From positions 3,162,001 to 3,226,000 of the forward strand of contig CATNEN010000010.1 in NCBI GenBank assembly GCA_950097015.1: a stretch of 64,000 nt of DNA, read 5' to 3'. Of the stretch, positions 49,650 to 60,766 are shown piece by piece. The stretch comes from Macrostomum hystrix (lineage: Eukaryota > Animalia > Platyhelminthes). The position numbers were made by a program, and so were the translations under genes. Each line of letters opens with the position of its first letter. The stretch's first letter is position 1. Under the pieces are notes generated by a model. That model had not been told where the DNA came from and did no database searches. It saw only the letters and a list, made by a program, of their open reading frames with translations.

Positions 49650-52442
49650 ATGTCGTTCAACTTTTCAACCGGCTGCGACAGCGACGATGAGCGAATTGCG
49701 GCCGCGCTGGACGAGTTTGAGAGAGTTGCCCAAGATAGTAACTCCGCCGGGCCGGTAGCGTCATCAACTCGCCAGCCACCATCACAGCGAAAAAGAAAGA
49801 GCGCTCCCTCTCAACGTCGGATTGTCAATGCAGCAGCCGCAGAATCTACGCCAGGCCCAAAGCGTATATATACTTTCACCCCAGTGCAGACAGCAGCGGT
49901 GGCTAACATCAGCAGCGACGCCGACGACTTCAGCCTGCTGCCATTGAGCGGTGTCATGCGCCTAAACACTGGAGAGCAGCAGCCTGCCAGTGACCAGATG
50001 TCCACAGGCAATCAGCAGCCACCGCCTGCCAGTATATCGGCCGTCTACGCGCCCATCTCCCACGCGATGGCAGCCTCAGCCTCGACTGCGCCAAAAGGGA
50101 GCATGCTGGCTTGGCTCGGAGATCAGCACCGGAGTGCCAAGAAGGCCACCAGCAGATGGTCATCGCCGGCAGCGATCAGGCACGTCAGGCGACATGCTCC
50201 TGCCAACTGCGGCGATGGCGACGGGGCGGCGTCTGATGCGCCCGACATGTCCACGGCAGCCCTACAGCCTCGCAGCCCCGTCGTCATCGAGATTGAGGAC
50301 GTCGACGACGAGCGCGCCGATAACGGCAGGCCGACAGCGGCAACTCGCACAAAGGCGGAGCCATCGGAGCCTAACGAGCAGGAGGCGGCGATGGATAGCG
50401 ACGACCGCGATGCTCTGCAGGCACTGCTGGACTACGAGGCGTCCACCGTTGCGCTGTCAGTCGCTGCAGATCCCCCACCGTCGGGCGCTGATGCGGAAAT
50501 GGAGGAGGCCGCCAGCACGGTGCCGAAACCGCCTCAAGTCGCGGCCGACCAACAACAGCAGCCAGGGAGGCGGAGATTCCGTTTCCAGCGGCTCGAAACG
50601 ACTGCTCCCGCTGTTGCTGCTGCTGCCGACTGCTCCATTGTGGGCGCCATGGTGCCAGACTCGCAGCCCGATGGCCGACGATTAGCAGTCGCCAAGACCA
50701 CACCGTCTCAGCGTCCGGAAGATGAGACGACGGCCTACGTGGTGTCGCCTGGCACAGCGGCATTCGCAGCAGCCGTGGTGGCCGCTATGAATGAGGCCAG
50801 CCAGTCCGTCCCTGTCGGCGAGGAGTGGTGGCGCATATTAACACCACAGCCGCTGCAGCAACAAGAGCAGGTGCAGCTCGAGCGTCCTCCCTCGCTGGTG
50901 CCCTTCAGCTACAGTCCGCCGGCGTCTGCGGCACAGCTTATTCACTTCCTCCAGCAACAGCAGGGGGACAGCGAGGCGAGCGGGAGCGGGGTCGGCGGCG
51001 CCAGAGGACAACGAGGCGGCCGAGGGGTGCGACGGCTGGGCCAAAATCCGCTGCTTAATGCGGCAGCAGCACAGCAGCAGTTCACTGTGACGCGCTCAGT
51101 CAGCCGGCCGCTCGCAATGACCGGTGCTGCTCCTGCGGAGCGACTGCCCGAGGACAGCGGCATTCTGACCGGGCGCCGCTATTTGCACGTCTTCCACATC
51201 GACAAGGTGCGCTTCGTCGGTGAGTCACTTGCTTTGTTCATAAGCTCTGAATCATATAACCAGCTGCTGGCATCCACTGTTTGCATGCTGCCTACATAAA
51301 CAGGTCGTGCCAAAGTATATCTGGGCGAGGCTCTGGAGGCACACTGTGTCGAGCTCGTCCTGGCGTCCAGCCCGGGCCTCTGCGTCGGCATGGATGAGTT
51401 CTGCGACCGGCGGCTAGTCGCTGACCCGCTCTCCGTCGACGAGATGGAGCAACAGCAGCAGCAGCAGCAGCACAGCGAGTATCGGCCACACCGCACTCTG
51501 TCCGGCTTCGTGCGCCTGGAGACCAACGCGGCCGGCTGGCATTTGTACGAGCTGCTGTTCAGCCTGCTGCCTAGCCGAGACGAGGGACGCTGCTTTGTGG
51601 TGCCCGACCGGACCACCCTGACGCTGTGCGGCGTCCGCTCGCCAGACAGTGTGCTGCGGAGCCTGACGCAGCACGACGGCTACCCGCTGCTGATCGGGAT
51701 CGGCGCCACGCAGTGCAGCATGCTGGTGCAAGCGACTCGGTGGGCGCTGTCCTACCCGCTGACTGCCAACCTGCCCGACCAGACTGACGGCTTCTTGTTG
51801 GCCCACCAGCAGATGCGCGCCACGTTGCTGGGGGTCTTTAGAGACGTGCAGCGCCAGCGCCGGATTCGCAGGGAGCAGCTCGCCGGCTGTTCCGCATGTT
51901 CCACCGAGGCTGCCGACATTAGGAACCTGTGCCCGCTCCGAGAGGCCGTCTGCACAGCCCTTCGCCACCAGTCGGGCGTTGTGTACCTTTACGGGCCGTC
52001 GGGAGTCGGCAAGACCACCGCCGTCGAGCGCCACCTGGGCCAGGAGCGCGTCTTCTGTCCGGTCATCAAGCGCTTCGGTGGCAATGACTTCATGTTCGAC
52101 GGCCTGGACACCGCGCGCCACTCCGTCATCTTTCTGGACGAGGTGCGGCCGCACATGTTCGAGGGCGGCGACCTGGAGACCACGCTGTTGCGCCTGCTGA
52201 ACGGCAACAGCTTCCTGGTCAATGCGAAGCACCAGGCGCACGTCTACCTGGACTGGGGCCAACGGCTGGTGATCATGGCCGGCCACGCCTCACCTGACGA
52301 CTACCCGGCTGACGTGCAGCGGCGCCTGCGCAACGAGGGCAACACGTGCGTCGAGGTCGACCACGACATCGAGGCCTGCCAGGGGGGGTGCCGCCAGCAG
52401 CCAATGTTCGGAGCCGCCGCCGCCAACGCCCAGGTTGAATGA
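49650..52442 (+). CDS. Rep-like protein 2: acidic/low-complexity N-terminus + unknown conserved domain + CxxC..C...C + SF3 helicase; exons 49650-51219, 51304-52442
   Basis: Phase-1 intron GTC G|GTGAGT...AAACAG|GT joins the two ORFs in frame. Motifs GPSGVGKT, IFLDE, LLRLLNG.SFLVNAKHQ, VIMAGH and VQRRL are present. Confidence 0.87.
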
Positions 52443-53937
52443 GGCCGCCTTTATATGTCTGTCTGTCTGTCTGTCTATTGCTAAATTATTTCATCCCTGC
52501 GCCCGTATTTTGTCTCCACCACCATCTTAAAGCGGGTTAGCAGATGTGGGCAGGCAGAAATAGCTAGACGGCCAAAATATTACATAACAAAATATTACAT
52601 AACACAAAATATAAGTCCTTATTGGGCTAAATAAGGAATGGCTTTTGGGTTCGGCTGTTTAACAGCACCATATATTATAATCTATACCTGGCACGCAGTT
52701 GCAGAAAACGGGGTAGCAGAAATGTGCGCGGACTATAGCAATTTATAAAGCATTAGATGGGATTAGTTTAATTGAATTAAATAGCGCGCAGTGTTTTCCT
52801 AGTGTTTTTGTTGCTCGTCAGTCTAGATGTGCTAAGAGATGGAGATGGCATTTATTACTTGTTCTCAGGATCGCTTCTCGCTCTTATCTGATTGCTTTTA
52901 TTTTGAGTTCTATTATTTCAGAGTCAATATTTTCATTTAGCATATGTCGCAGGCTGTCGACAATTTCAATTGTCCCCATTTTATTGCCGTTCTACTTTTT
53001 CTGTACCGGCTCCATTAAACTTTTTAATCCCTCACCGCCAACAAATAGTTGTTGTTGTTGTTGCTGTTGCTGCTCTCCAACAAGTTAGATAGATGGGCAG
53101 CTAGAATAATTAACAATGATTGCCTACCTTGTGGAGCGCAGATAAAAATCACTTTAAACGCAGTCGTCGTCGTTGGGGTCGCAGCTGGAGCGGAGCAATC
53201 GGAACAGTGTAGGGGGCAGTCGAAACGAAATAGTAGATCACGAAGGAGCTGATTTGGTTGATTAATAGAGTTGGTATTGAAAATCAAAGTGTAGCTTGGG
53301 AACGATCGAGTCTGTCTTAATCGATTGGCATAGAGAAATCAATCAGTGCGCGAGCTAGCTCTCTTTGACTTGTGTGCTCAAGATGAGCAATACAGTCCTT
53401 CCTGATAAAATTTAGTTTCTATGTGCCTAAGCTTTGTCTATGTCTTGAGTTTATCGCATTCCTTTATTAATAGTAGTCTAAAAATAATTTTACACACACG
53501 CAGTTGTTATGTGCTTATTTGGGCGCTATTTGTGTTATTATAATTTATAATAATTGAGCTATAATAATTTGAGCAAGTATACTAGTATATGGTATGAAAA
53601 GCTGACTGCATGCATTAATGTGTGAATAAAGGACATAAATCAAGAAAAAGCATTCGATCAAGAACTACATGTAGACGGTACGTATGGATTTGAAAAAAAC
53701 TAATTTAAGATGATAATCAACAAGCGCATCTGAAACAACAATCTATTAAAATACATGTAGTAATGATGTGTGCATTAAAATACAATTTGGATGGACGCAA
53801 AAAGCTATACATATAATATAGTAGTACGATTTAATAACGGCAATTAACAGCTGCATATAGTGCTACTCAGTTATTTATAGATTTTATATAAGAAACTAAA
53901 ATTTCAAATTCGCGCTAAATTCTACGAAATTCAATGT

Positions 53938-54052
53938 GTACAGTCTGTAGTGCGCGCACATTCCCTAAAAAATATATAAGGCATGTCAGCTCTAATTTTA
54001 GAACGACGATCCTTATATTTTTTAAGTATTGTGCGCGCACTATGAACTGTAC
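53938..54052. repeat. Inverted-repeat cassette, second copy of the 49219 type
   Basis: GTACAGTCTGTAGTGCGCGCACATTCCCTAAAAAATATATAAGG ... CCTTATATTTTTTAAGTATTGTGCGCGCACTATGAACTGTAC. Confidence 0.88.
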
Positions 54053-54259
54053 CTAAATCTAAAATTAAATTGCTTACTTGACTACTATAAGTAGAGCAGT
54101 TAGCAGCATTTGTTTAATAATTGTCAGATAAATCTATGGCTAATTAAATAATTCTATCAACAAAAACAATAAAGTATAATATTATCAACGGGAGTAATCA
54201 GTCAATCAATACAATCAATATTCTTAACTATAGCATATAATATCAATTATAATAACATT

Positions 54260-54297
54260 AGCGTATAAAGCGCGCACATGTGCGCGCTTTATACGCT
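54260..54297. other. Perfect 38-bp palindrome AGCGTATAAAGCGCGCACA|TGTGCGCGCTTTATACGCT
   Basis: Checked base by base; it lies ~215 bp beyond the recombinase stop codon. Confidence 0.97.
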
Positions 54298-54512
54298 GCA
54301 GTAACATGCAGTCAAACGAATTCAATTATCCCTCCCTCGAAGGCCTGTGCATGTTTTCTCTGCGTGTTTTCTCTCTGTCCCGGCCCCCTTTATCTGCCCC
54401 ACGGTGTTTTTCACTCACTATTTAAATATTTAAATATATATATACTATATATATTGTATATATAAAATCTTAAATAAAGCAGGCAGACAGACAGGCGGGC
54501 AGGCAGGGCGAA

Positions 54513-57382
54513 TCAATCAAAATTATGCTCCGCCACTGAGTGCAGCCGCCGTCGCTTTCCGGCCACCGGTCTACCGTGCAGGACTGCGTCGGCTCGTTGG
54601 GTGCTCGCCGCCACCTCCCCACTTCCACCAGCCAGGCTGCTGATGAGTCCCTGGGTCGGCGGCCTAACTATTGGTCGCATCTCTGCGTCACCTGATGGCA
54701 CCACAAACCGGCGGACAATATCGCGGCTGCGAATTACTGTGCCCATCTCGGTGGCCATCTGGGCATTGTGCCCATAATTGTACCGGATGACAGCTGCAGA
54801 TGTGCCGTGCGCTCTGGCGAACATATCCAGCTGCTCCGGCTCCATCATGAGCACTACGGCACAGAGGGTGCGACGCCAGTGCGTGGCCACATAGTGCCGA
54901 CCCAGTACTCGCTGCCCGCCTGCGCTGATCATGCGGCTCATTGCCGACTGGCTGTACACACCGCCGAACACATCAATGAAGACGGTCGGCGACTCCGGTT
55001 GCTCGATGCCGCGAGCAGCAAGCGACGGCACGATATATTCGTCGTGCAGGCGCAGCAAGGCCTCGCAGAATAGATCCGGCAGCACCATCCTGGCTGGGTC
55101 GCCGGAGTGTCCGACCTTGTGCGGCACTTCACGCAGCGGCAGGACGAGATGCGAGTGCCCAGCCAGATCGGCAGCGGACGGCCCGCTCTCCCCATCTGCA
55201 CTTTGCGTGTGTTGGCGGAACAGCTGTTTTTGGTCGGCCGACGCGTTTCGCCGAACCGAACGGTCGACCAGGTGTCGCCGACGGATGTAGATCCACGGCA
55301 GGAGTCGCAGGGGCTGCTCAATGCTGCAGTAGAACAGCATCTCCTGCACAATCCTCCGCAGACAAACCATCCGGCGACTGAAGGCACCATCATCTGCTTC
55401 GCCGTTGTCTTTGGTGACATCAGCGATGCCATCAGCGACCACACCTGCTGCCTGCATGCCCCATTCGCCGTCGACTGGCAGCAAAGTCCAGCTGTGCCTT
55501 TGTAGCATGGCAAAAAAACGATCACGGCGGGCGAACACGGCATCGACCTCGTCCACGTTGACGTAGGTGTCCATGAAGGCCACCTGCCGCTCGTTGTGGC
55601 CAAGCTTGTAGACTGCCTGCATAGTATAAATGTGGTTGCGTTTACTTATAGTAGATAGCAGCACGAAACCAAATAGAACTAACTGTCATTAATGCAGCTG
55701 CTGTGCAGCTAGCTCACCTGCTGGATGGCGCGGACGTTGCCGAACTCGCCGCGAGCCTGCTGCACCACGCTGCTAAGGCGGGCGATGAGAGCCTGCTCAG
55801 CCGCCAGCGGGTTGTTGGCCTTCTGCGCCAACTGCATTCTCCAGCAGACGCCACTGCCGACAGAGTCGACGTCCTCAATAGCAGGGCGCTCGCTGTCAGG
55901 CGAGGGTGAGTCGATGCTGCAGAACAGCTCGGCTTCGCGCAAGCCAACGGCGGCCATGATGGCATTGGCGCCTCGCAGGCCCCTCACGCGCAGCCAGCCC
56001 TCCATGCAGCGGCAGATGCTGACAAGCTCCTGGCACTTGCGCGCAGCAGTCGACTGGGCCAGCTGCATGGCATCACCGACTGTTTCAGCGCTGAAGCAGT
56101 CCTGCACCCTGTCCGGCTGAAGCAGCAGGTCTGCAAGCGATATGCCCGCTCGCTGCCAGGTGCGTAGAAGCGTCGAGCTCACGGACCTGCTGATGTCGCG
56201 CCAACGCTGCTGGTGGCACAAGTTGGCCGCAATCCTGGCCCGCGATGGGTCCCTCCACCATAGCTCCCGCAGGCGTTCCACCGTTGCGGAGATGCTGGGC
56301 CGGTCACCCAACGGCTGCAGCAGCTCTGGTGGCACGGGCTTCGCAGGTGGCGACGTGCGAAAGTGTCGACAGCGCGGACCGCGACGCTGTTGCTGCTGCT
56401 TCTGATCGGCTGTCGACGCTTCCTGCTGCAGTTCTGCTCCGAAGATGGACAATCGAAGCCGGTCGAATTCGGCATTAGCCAGCCTTCTCTTTGCAGCAGT
56501 CCACTTTGCTGCAGCTGCTCGACGCTGCCTCGGCGGGGTAGCTGCCAGCTTCACTAGCGGCCTCTGTGCAGCTGACAGCACAGCCGATGACGTGCTGGGA
56601 CGACAAAGTGCTGCCTTGGTGGCCTGCACCGCCAACTGCAGACAGGCAGCCGAAGAGGAAGACTCTGCTGCCACCGTCTGGACCGTCGGCAGCGTCCGCA
56701 TTCTGATGCTGGTTCCGGGCAGCAAGCCGACATCGTCATCTCCATCATCGTCATCGTCAGCGACTACGGGGGCCTCCTGTGAGGACATCAGCAGCAGCGG
56801 CGCAGTCGGGTCAAATAGGCGTCGCCGGACGGCTGGACGGCTGGCTGACAACAGCCGAGCACTGGCCGCTGACTGTCGACCGTCAACGGACGGCGCGGCG
56901 ATGCTGTAGAGCTCGGCCAACAGAGACCCAGCCTCGTATTCAGCTGGTTCTGCCTCTGAAGGCTGCTGCGGAGGCGGTGGTGGCATCTGCTGCGGAGGCG
57001 GTGGTGGCATCTGCTGCGGAGGCTGTGGCTGCTGGTGTTCCACAGCAACGGTAGCGACAATAGCTGGCACTGCTGGACACCTGTGCTGCCTTGCTGTCCT
57101 ACGCAGCACCTTGCCGCAGGCTGGGCACGCGTGTACATGCTCAGTGTTGGCTGAGCTGCGCGTGTGGGTGCTGCACGTCAGGCAGAGCCAGACCATCTGG
57201 GCACGCTGCTTGGCTGACGCCGCTGCCCAAGATGCCTCGGACGGCCGCACCTTGACTGGGGCATCCTCGAGTCGGAATTGGCGCACAGCCTCCTCCGCGT
57301 GCCTCCTCAGGAAGTGGCGTTTCGGGTGCGTCTGCGGTCTGCCGTCGCCACAGAAGATGCAGCACGACTCGTTGTCTGTCAT
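54513..57382 (-). CDS. Zinc-finger tyrosine recombinase (~920 aa); exons 57382-55718 and 55616-54513
   Basis: C-terminal catalytic pattern: R (IEQPLRLLPW), K (VPHKVGH...RMVLP), VFIDVFGGVYS, HxxR (THWRRT), ARAHGTS..VIRYNY (GTS variant, Tyr nucleophile). Phase-0 intron CAG|GTGAGC...ATGCAG|GCA. N-terminal CIFC..H....H, CLTC and CPAC..H.C zinc fingers. Confidence 0.8.
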
Positions 57383-58499
57383 AGCTATTGTTATTACAAA
57401 TTGATGCAGTGCCATATAGGTGTATGAACTGAATTCAGTATGCATGCAACACATGCTATATACAGTCCGTTGTGCGTGCATCTAAATAAATATATATATG
57501 CCCCTTTATCCCATTATGGAATACACTATTTTAAGTGTTGTGCGCGCACATTGTCCCGTACTGTTGTCATCGCTGCTGCATTTATATTCGATTGAGTGCT
57601 GCGTTGAGCACATAAATCACTTATTTTTCTGTTGTCCCTAACAACAACAACAACAACAACAACATCCCGGCTGTAAAAATTATAAGCCTCTGAATCATTT
57701 ATAAATTTTAAAAACAAAATTTTTCATTTGCAATGTAGTACAATCAGCTCAGACATTCGATTTTCCAGTGAACAGCACACCCACCCCCTCCAACTCGATC
57801 TTCCTCCCTCAAAAGCAGTGCCGAGCCAGCCAGACAGACCTGCAGATGGAAAGAGAGACGACTTCGATCGTCTTCAGTCTATGGCCACAGGGGTGACATT
57901 ATCGATTGGTTAAAGCAGACACACTGCTTCTCTTTTTCAAGGCAGAGCAGTGGCCTTCCACACCCTTTTACCATAGACTATGAATTTAGAGACAGGGCCG
58001 CCCCCTTTCGCTTTCGAAGGTTTAAAGAAAGGGTGGCAAGCAAAGTAGCAGTCTTTTAGTTTTAGCCCGGCCCAACTGCTCGATCGAACTGCAGCTTACA
58101 GTCAAATATAATTCAGAGATTCATCCACAATTCGAATCAACAGTCTGCCTTCTATTTGCTTGGACTATATTAAAACAGGCTACAGATATAATATCGACAG
58201 AGAGCCACAGGATCTATTATTATGTCAACAGCAAGCATTAGGATCTAATATATTTCTAGGCAGCTCAGAACTGCATAACACTTACAGAGATTACTAATAT
58301 ATTATAATTATAGAGAACTGCATGCGCTATTATCTATTAGATTAACAGACCGATTGTTATATGTATACAAATACTAATTGAAGGGCCTATTATATATACA
58401 AAGACTAATCTGAGGGCCTATTATATTAACACAGCTTGTAATGCATATTTATGAACAGATACTTATATGGCCTATTTAAAATACATAGCCTTTTTCTTA

Positions 58500-59120
58500 T
58501 TTGCAGCGCAACAGACAGCATCAGCAGAAGCATCAGCAGAAGCAACCGACAGCATCAGCAGAAGCATCAGCAGTAGCAGCAGTAGCAGCTCAGTAGCAGC
58601 TCAACAGCTCTAGCAGCATCAGTACCAGCAGCCAGCCCCATCTGCCCGTGCCCACTTCGAGGTGCAGCAGAAGCAGCAGTACCAGCAGCCAACCCCGTCC
58701 GCCTGTGCCCACTTCGAGGTGAGATAAAAATTAAATTGTACAGCTGGATAGCATTAGTTAGCCTCAGCAACTATATTCGAGTAGACTTTAGCGTCGAAAT
58801 TATATTCTAATTGCTTTTTTCCATGCTCATCCTCAGCTCAGTGCAGCTAAACCGGCCGGCACCAGCCAGCAGCATCAGTAGCCGAAGCCAGCCCCGTCCG
58901 CCTGTGCCCATTTGCCAAGCAGCAGCAGTAGCAGCAATAGCAGCAGTAGCAGCAGTTGCAGCACAAGCAGCAGAAGCAGCAGTACCAGCAGCCAGCCCCC
59001 GTCCGCCTGTGCCCACTTCGAGGTGAGATAAATATTCAATTGTACAGCTGGATAGCATTAGTTAGCCTCTGCGAAATATAATCGAGTAGACTTTAGCATA
59101 GAAATTATATTCTAATTGCC
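58500..59120. repeat. Low-complexity CAG/GCA region with a duplicated ~140-bp block ending in a splice-donor-like GAG|GTGAGA
   Basis: CAGCAGCCA.CCCCGTCCGCCTGTGCCCACTTCGAGGTGAGATAAA...CTAATTGC occurs at ~58680-58815 and ~58985-59118. Confidence 0.75.
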
Positions 59121-59971
59121 TTTCCGTGTTTTTTGCTTGTCGTCGCTGCCGCCGCCAGTCAAAGTTAAATCAAATTATTGAATGTCATAAGACATAGAGT
59201 CTGTGTCAATCAGTGTCAATCAGTCAGTCAATCGATCTCGAACGAAACAATACATTCAGTATACTGTACACTGCTGCTGCTCTAATGCAATATCAATAAC
59301 GAGAGAAAAAGAGTGCTTGCGAGCAAAGCCATAGAGGAAGCGTGGTCTTCCCAGTTCTAAAAATAGCTGCAGAGCTAGCGCGTGAATTTAAATACGCGTG
59401 AATTTAAATACACTGTTTACGTTGCTATAAACGAGAGAAGATGAAAGTGATTTTAGGAAGGCCTTAATGTTCATTTTTTGTCTTAATCTGACTTCCGAAT
59501 AAATAAATCTAAATAGTAAGCTAAATGGAGCAGAACTGAACTGCTGCGCACTGAAATATAAGCGCTATACGAAAATTGCTATTTGCGTTTCAATGAGGCC
59601 CAAATGGCTCTCCGAAAAGACCGAATAATGAGTCGAAAAAAGCTGGGCAAAAATCTGAAAATTAGGAAAGTATAGTGACATATTTTTGCGAAAGAACATG
59701 TTCTAAAACAAATACAAACTGCTGTATTTATGCGAAATTGCATTGAGCATTAAAATAATATGAACGTTTACAAACAAAAAAATACAAACAATAATGCTTA
59801 CGTTTGTGCTTATGATTGTTGGTGATGGTATTTTCACGAAAAGATTAGTGTATTTTCAATCACTAACAAAACAACACCAATATGTATATCAAATCGTTAT
59901 GATAATCAGAGGCTTTATTTATAAAATAACTGTAATGAATCATAGTTTCTGCATTATTTTATAATATAATT

Positions 59972-60532
59972 TCAAACGTATGCCTCCGCCTCTTCAGCTG
60001 CGGCATACAATAGGCAGTCGTCAGCTGGGTCAAATAAACAGCTACTGGCTGCCATCGCTGCCGCTGCTGCTGACGCCTCCGCCTCTTCAGCTGCGGCATA
60101 CAAAAGCTCGTCATCAGCTGGGTCAAACAAGCAGCTACTGGCTGCCATCGCTGCCGCTGCTGCTGACGCCTCCGCCTCTTCAGCTGCTGCATACAAAAGC
60201 TCGTCATCAGCTGGGTCAAATAAACAGCTACTGGCTGCCATCGCTGCCGCTGCTGCTGACGCCTCCGCCTCTTCAGCTGCTGCATACAAAAGCTCGTCAT
60301 CAGCTGGGTCAAAGCAATTGGCTGCCATCGCCGCTTCGACCTCTTCAGCTACGGCGTATAACAAATGGTCGTCTGCCAGGCCGAATACAAAACTGTATGT
60401 TGAATTGTATGTTTCATCATACCCGTAGTCATCATAGCCTGGCTATTCATTCAGCTCAACGTCATCGTCGTGACAGTTGGATTTTTCCGCATCGTTTAGA
60501 GTTGGCCCTGATGATGATGTTGATGTAGGCAT
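59972..60532 (-). CDS. Acidic tandem-repeat protein (LFDPADDELLYAAAEEAEASAAAAAMAASSC x3-4, 90-bp units); one in-frame TAG near 60443 after ATG 60532
   Basis: The repeat preserves the frame and amino-acid motif. The upstream frame MPTSTSSSGPTLND...LNE*PGYDDYGYDETYNSTYSFVFGLADDHLLY continues into it. Confidence 0.6.
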
Positions 60533-60766
60533 GGCGAGACAATGGGGGCAGTATTTAAAATGTTGAACTTGTTTTATTTACTTCATTAATTGTCCAAAGT
60601 TTCAACTGCATTGATTACATATTCCCAATCACATAAGATTATCAGCAATCTTGTTACCATAGACTAGAAATAGGGTTTTTAGTTGGTTACTTTACTAAGG
60701 TAAGTGGCGTAACTTATTTACACATTTTAGATTCTTAATTATTGTTTCAAATAAAAAAACTACAAC

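Noticed and set aside
51150-51400. HUH nuclease motif in Rep-like protein 2 (YLHVFH)
   Set aside because: The spacing is not H-U-H, the paralog has only LHLIEI at this position, and no YxxK motif III was found.
51414-56909. Antisense/alternate-frame ORFs (e.g. 51414-52286 minus, 49990-50685, 54938-55603, 55107-55505, 56445-56909)
   Set aside because: Shadow ORFs of GC-rich coding regions whose true frames carry recognisable motifs.
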